64,000 nt of DNA from Nanobdellota archaeon (GTDB lineage: Archaea > Nanobdellota > Nanobdellia > UBA10117 > ARS21): contig JAAZYP010000001.1 in NCBI GenBank assembly GCA_014239585.1, positions 177,955 to 241,954 on the forward strand, in the 5' to 3' direction. Under the pieces are notes generated by a model, which ran no database searches, was not told the DNA's origin, and saw only the letters and a program-made list of their open reading frames with translations. A program made the position numbers and the translations under genes. Shown here piece by piece: positions 61,999 through 64,000 of the stretch; position 1 is the first letter of the stretch, and each line of letters starts with the position of its first letter.

Positions 61999-62483
61999 TA
62001 TAACATTTTAATCACTAATTTATTCATATCTTTACTTCGATATCCTAATGATCCTCCTCTAGCATATGGTTTTTTAATTCCCAATCTTTCGAATCCTCCG
62101 ATTGGCGGATGAAGTTTAAAGAAAGTTTTAACTCCGGTTAAATCTTTCAAATTTGCTTTTCCTTCAGACATTGCTTTTGAAAATGATTTTATATCAGATT
62201 TTACGGTTTTCTTAACATAAGTTTCAGTTAAATCTTTGTTTCCCGGAAGTTTTGCTCTTTTTGTAAGAATTTCTTCAACTGTTTCTGCAGTAATTTCTCC
62301 AAAAGTACAATAATCTTTAACTTTGTTGATCATACCTCTCATCGACGGCGTATTTTGTGTAATAATTAATCTGTGTTTTCTATGAAGTTTCATTAAATTT
62401 AAACAATCTCGAATATCTGGATTGATTCCAACTTCACCTCTAATTCTCACTACTGCAATTAATTTTCCGTCAATTTCTTTCAT
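61998..62483 (-). CDS. rpl30: 50S ribosomal protein L30 (uL30)
   Basis: AVVRIRGEVGI...LNLMKLHRKH. Confidence 0.9.
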   Translation of the reverse strand: MKEIDGKLIAVVRIRGEVGINPDIRDCLNLMKLHRKHRLIITQNTPSMRGMINKVKDYCTFGEITAETVEEILTKRAKLPGNKDLTETYVKKTVKSDIKSFSKAMSEGKANLKDLTGVKTFFKLHPPIGGFERLGIKKPYARGGSLGYRSKDMNKLVIKML

Positions 62484-63250
62484 CTTGTTATTGAACCATA
62501 TTTGACTAATGGTTTTTGAGCCTCTTTGATTTTTAATCCTGTTGTTTCATTTAATGCAGACATTGTTGCATTAACTAAATTAATTTTTTGTCTTGTTTGA
62601 CCTTTCGATTTTGACCAAACGTCTTTAATTCCGGCTAATTTGAAAATTTTCTTTAATTCATTTTCGACTACTAATCCCGTACCTGGTGGTGCTGGCATGA
62701 ATTTTACTTCAACAGATCCACTTTTTCCTTTGATTTCAAATGCGATTGAATTGGGTTCCGAAATTTCACTTTCCCATGATCCGTTTCCTCTCGCAATTTG
62801 CATAAGATTTAATTTAGCATTTCGTATAGATTTTTCTCTTGCAGGAACAGTTTCTTTTGCTCTTCCTAATCCTACTCCCACATATCCGTCTTTATTTCCA
62901 ACTACTGCTAAAACAGTAAATACTGGTCGGTTTCCATCCTTTGTTTTCTTTTGGGTTGTTCGGAAAATAGTTCTTTTTCCTCCACCAAATTTACCTTTTC
63001 TTTGTCCGATATTAATATAATCTGATTCTAAATTTGGAATTAATGCATCAATAATTTCTGATTCTAAAATTCTACGGCCCATATTCAATACTTCTTCAAT
63101 ACTTGTAATTTCGCCTGCTTTTACTTTTTTACCGATTTCGGTTTTTGGTTTCCAAGATTCAATTAATGCTGCTCTTCTATCTTCGGGACTTATTTCTACA
63201 CGTGGTCTTCTTTGTGGTCTTCTCTGTTGTCGTCCGTGATTTGATTTCAT
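62480..63250 (-). CDS. rps5: 30S ribosomal protein S5 (uS5)
   Basis: FTVLAVVGNKDGYVGVGLGRAKE...PAPPGTGLV. Confidence 0.93.
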   Translation of the reverse strand: MKSNHGRQQRRPQRRPRVEISPEDRRAALIESWKPKTEIGKKVKAGEITSIEEVLNMGRRILESEIIDALIPNLESDYINIGQRKGKFGGGKRTIFRTTQKKTKDGNRPVFTVLAVVGNKDGYVGVGLGRAKETVPAREKSIRNAKLNLMQIARGNGSWESEISEPNSIAFEIKGKSGSVEVKFMPAPPGTGLVVENELKKIFKLAGIKDVWSKSKGQTRQKINLVNATMSALNETTGLKIKEAQKPLVKYGSITR

Positions 63251-63251
63251 T

Positions 63252-63743
63252 TTATTTGCTTCCTCTTAGCTTTTTTAAATCTGCTGAAATGTCTTTAGAA
63301 ATATGCTCTCCGTTTAGTCTTTCTTCGGAAGGAAATGCTTTTTCAGAATGAGGTATATTTAATCCTCCTTCGATTGCACCTTTCAATACAGCATAAATTC
63401 TACAACCTTTTGTAGGTGTATATGATCCCATATCAAAAATTGCTTCCTTAACTTTTGCTTTAGTTGCCAATTTTGCAATTTCTAAACCTGATAAATATGC
63501 TGCGGGAACATTTACACATGAATGTTTCCATCCTTTTTTCTTTAAAGAAACTGAATTAAATTGTGCTAATACTCTATCTCCTAATTCATCATAATTTACT
63601 AATTGAATATTCAGATATTTGTTTGATCTTCGAACTACCAATCTGGGTTTTTCTGATTTCATGAATGCTAATCTCTTTTTGTAGTTGGTTTTTCCAGATC
63701 TACGTCTTCTGAATTTTACACTGTAACTCTTTCCTGTTGCCAT
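63252..63743 (-). CDS. rpl18: 50S ribosomal protein L18 (uL18)
   Basis: RRRRSGKTNYKKRL...PRLVVRRSNKY. Confidence 0.92.
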   Translation of the reverse strand: MATGKSYSVKFRRRRSGKTNYKKRLAFMKSEKPRLVVRRSNKYLNIQLVNYDELGDRVLAQFNSVSLKKKGWKHSCVNVPAAYLSGLEIAKLATKAKVKEAIFDMGSYTPTKGCRIYAVLKGAIEGGLNIPHSEKAFPSEERLNGEHISKDISADLKKLRGSK

Positions 63744-64000
63744 TATTTTTTAGCCTCCTTCTTAAACAAATTATTCTGTTCAATATACTGTAATAACTGT
63801 CTTTTATGTTTGAAGAATCCGCCTTTTGCTTTTAAGTAAAGCATTTTCCAATCATTCGATTCAATTAATCCTCGATTCTTGAAAGATTTTAATAATTTTC
63901 GTTGAAGTCTAATTCGATTAATCCAATCGTGTTTTGAATTGTGTCTTGCATTTGAACTTCCAACTCGTTTAGCTTGACCTCTTTGCCTACCTTTTCGTTT
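63744..64000 (-). CDS. rpl19e: 50S ribosomal protein L19e (eL19), N-terminus beyond the window
   Basis: Manual reverse translation ...KRKGRQRGQAKRVGSSNARHNSKHDWINRIRLQRKLLKSFKNRGLI...KGGFFKHKRQLLQYIEQN; stop TAA at 63744-63746. Confidence 0.85.

Noticed and set aside
1-64000. CRISPR arrays, rRNA, RNase P or SRP RNA, transposases/integrases, reverse transcriptase/DGR, restriction-modification, toxin-antitoxin pairs
   Set aside because: I looked for regularly spaced repeats, long G/C-rich non-coding blocks and the relevant protein motifs and found none. By-eye repeat detection is limited, so a computational repeat and covariance-model scan would be needed to be certain.

Overview
AT-rich (by eye about 30% GC, not computed), very tightly packed archaeal chromosome segment. 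Gene content, short proteins and frequent gene overlaps fit a genome-reduced, DPANN-like archaeon; the lineage cannot be assigned without a database search. I call about 95 protein genes and 13 intronless tRNAs, none encoding CCA. I recognised no rRNA, CRISPR array, transposase, integrase or reverse transcriptase. Core blocks: (1) guaB (manually found, runs off the left edge), sod, rtcB, asnS plus tRNA-Asn, pepF, bud32, rps15, rps3ae. (2) proS-psmB-aCPSF1 (FttA). (3) mre11-rad50 converging on a nurA/herA operon that also carries tiny membrane proteins and two orphans. (4) metG plus a separate Trbp111-like tRNA-binding ORF. (5) an accessory-looking 31-37 kb stretch with 7 tRNAs interleaved with small orphan ORFs. 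(6) rps10-tuf-[orphan]-fusA, gatE-gatD, ftsZ, ATP-dependent DNA ligase, TrmB-type regulators, elp3, tfe, a site-2 protease. (7) the archaeal alpha-operon region (tRNA-Ser, S13-S4-S11-rpoD, tRNA-Leu, L18e-L13-S9-rpoN) and the end of the spc-operon region (L19e-L18-S5-L30-L15-secY-DUF106-cbf5-trm112-like). Most notable non-textbook signals: a 13-nt GC-rich duplicate of the tRNA-Glu 3' end bracketing a 1.36-kb ultra-AT-rich cassette of three small membrane proteins (possible integration scar); A/T-clamp palindromes abutting the 3' ends of five tRNAs; a HerA-NurA operon with three tiny TM proteins, a PC4-like small protein and a 352-aa orphan; a C(UUCG)G hairpin between tuf and rps10; an orphan 314-aa gene inside the fusA-tuf cluster; a compact GatE; duplicated promoter modules; and twin palindromes upstream of ftsZ. 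All functional calls rest on motifs I recognise by eye in the translations; no searches were run.
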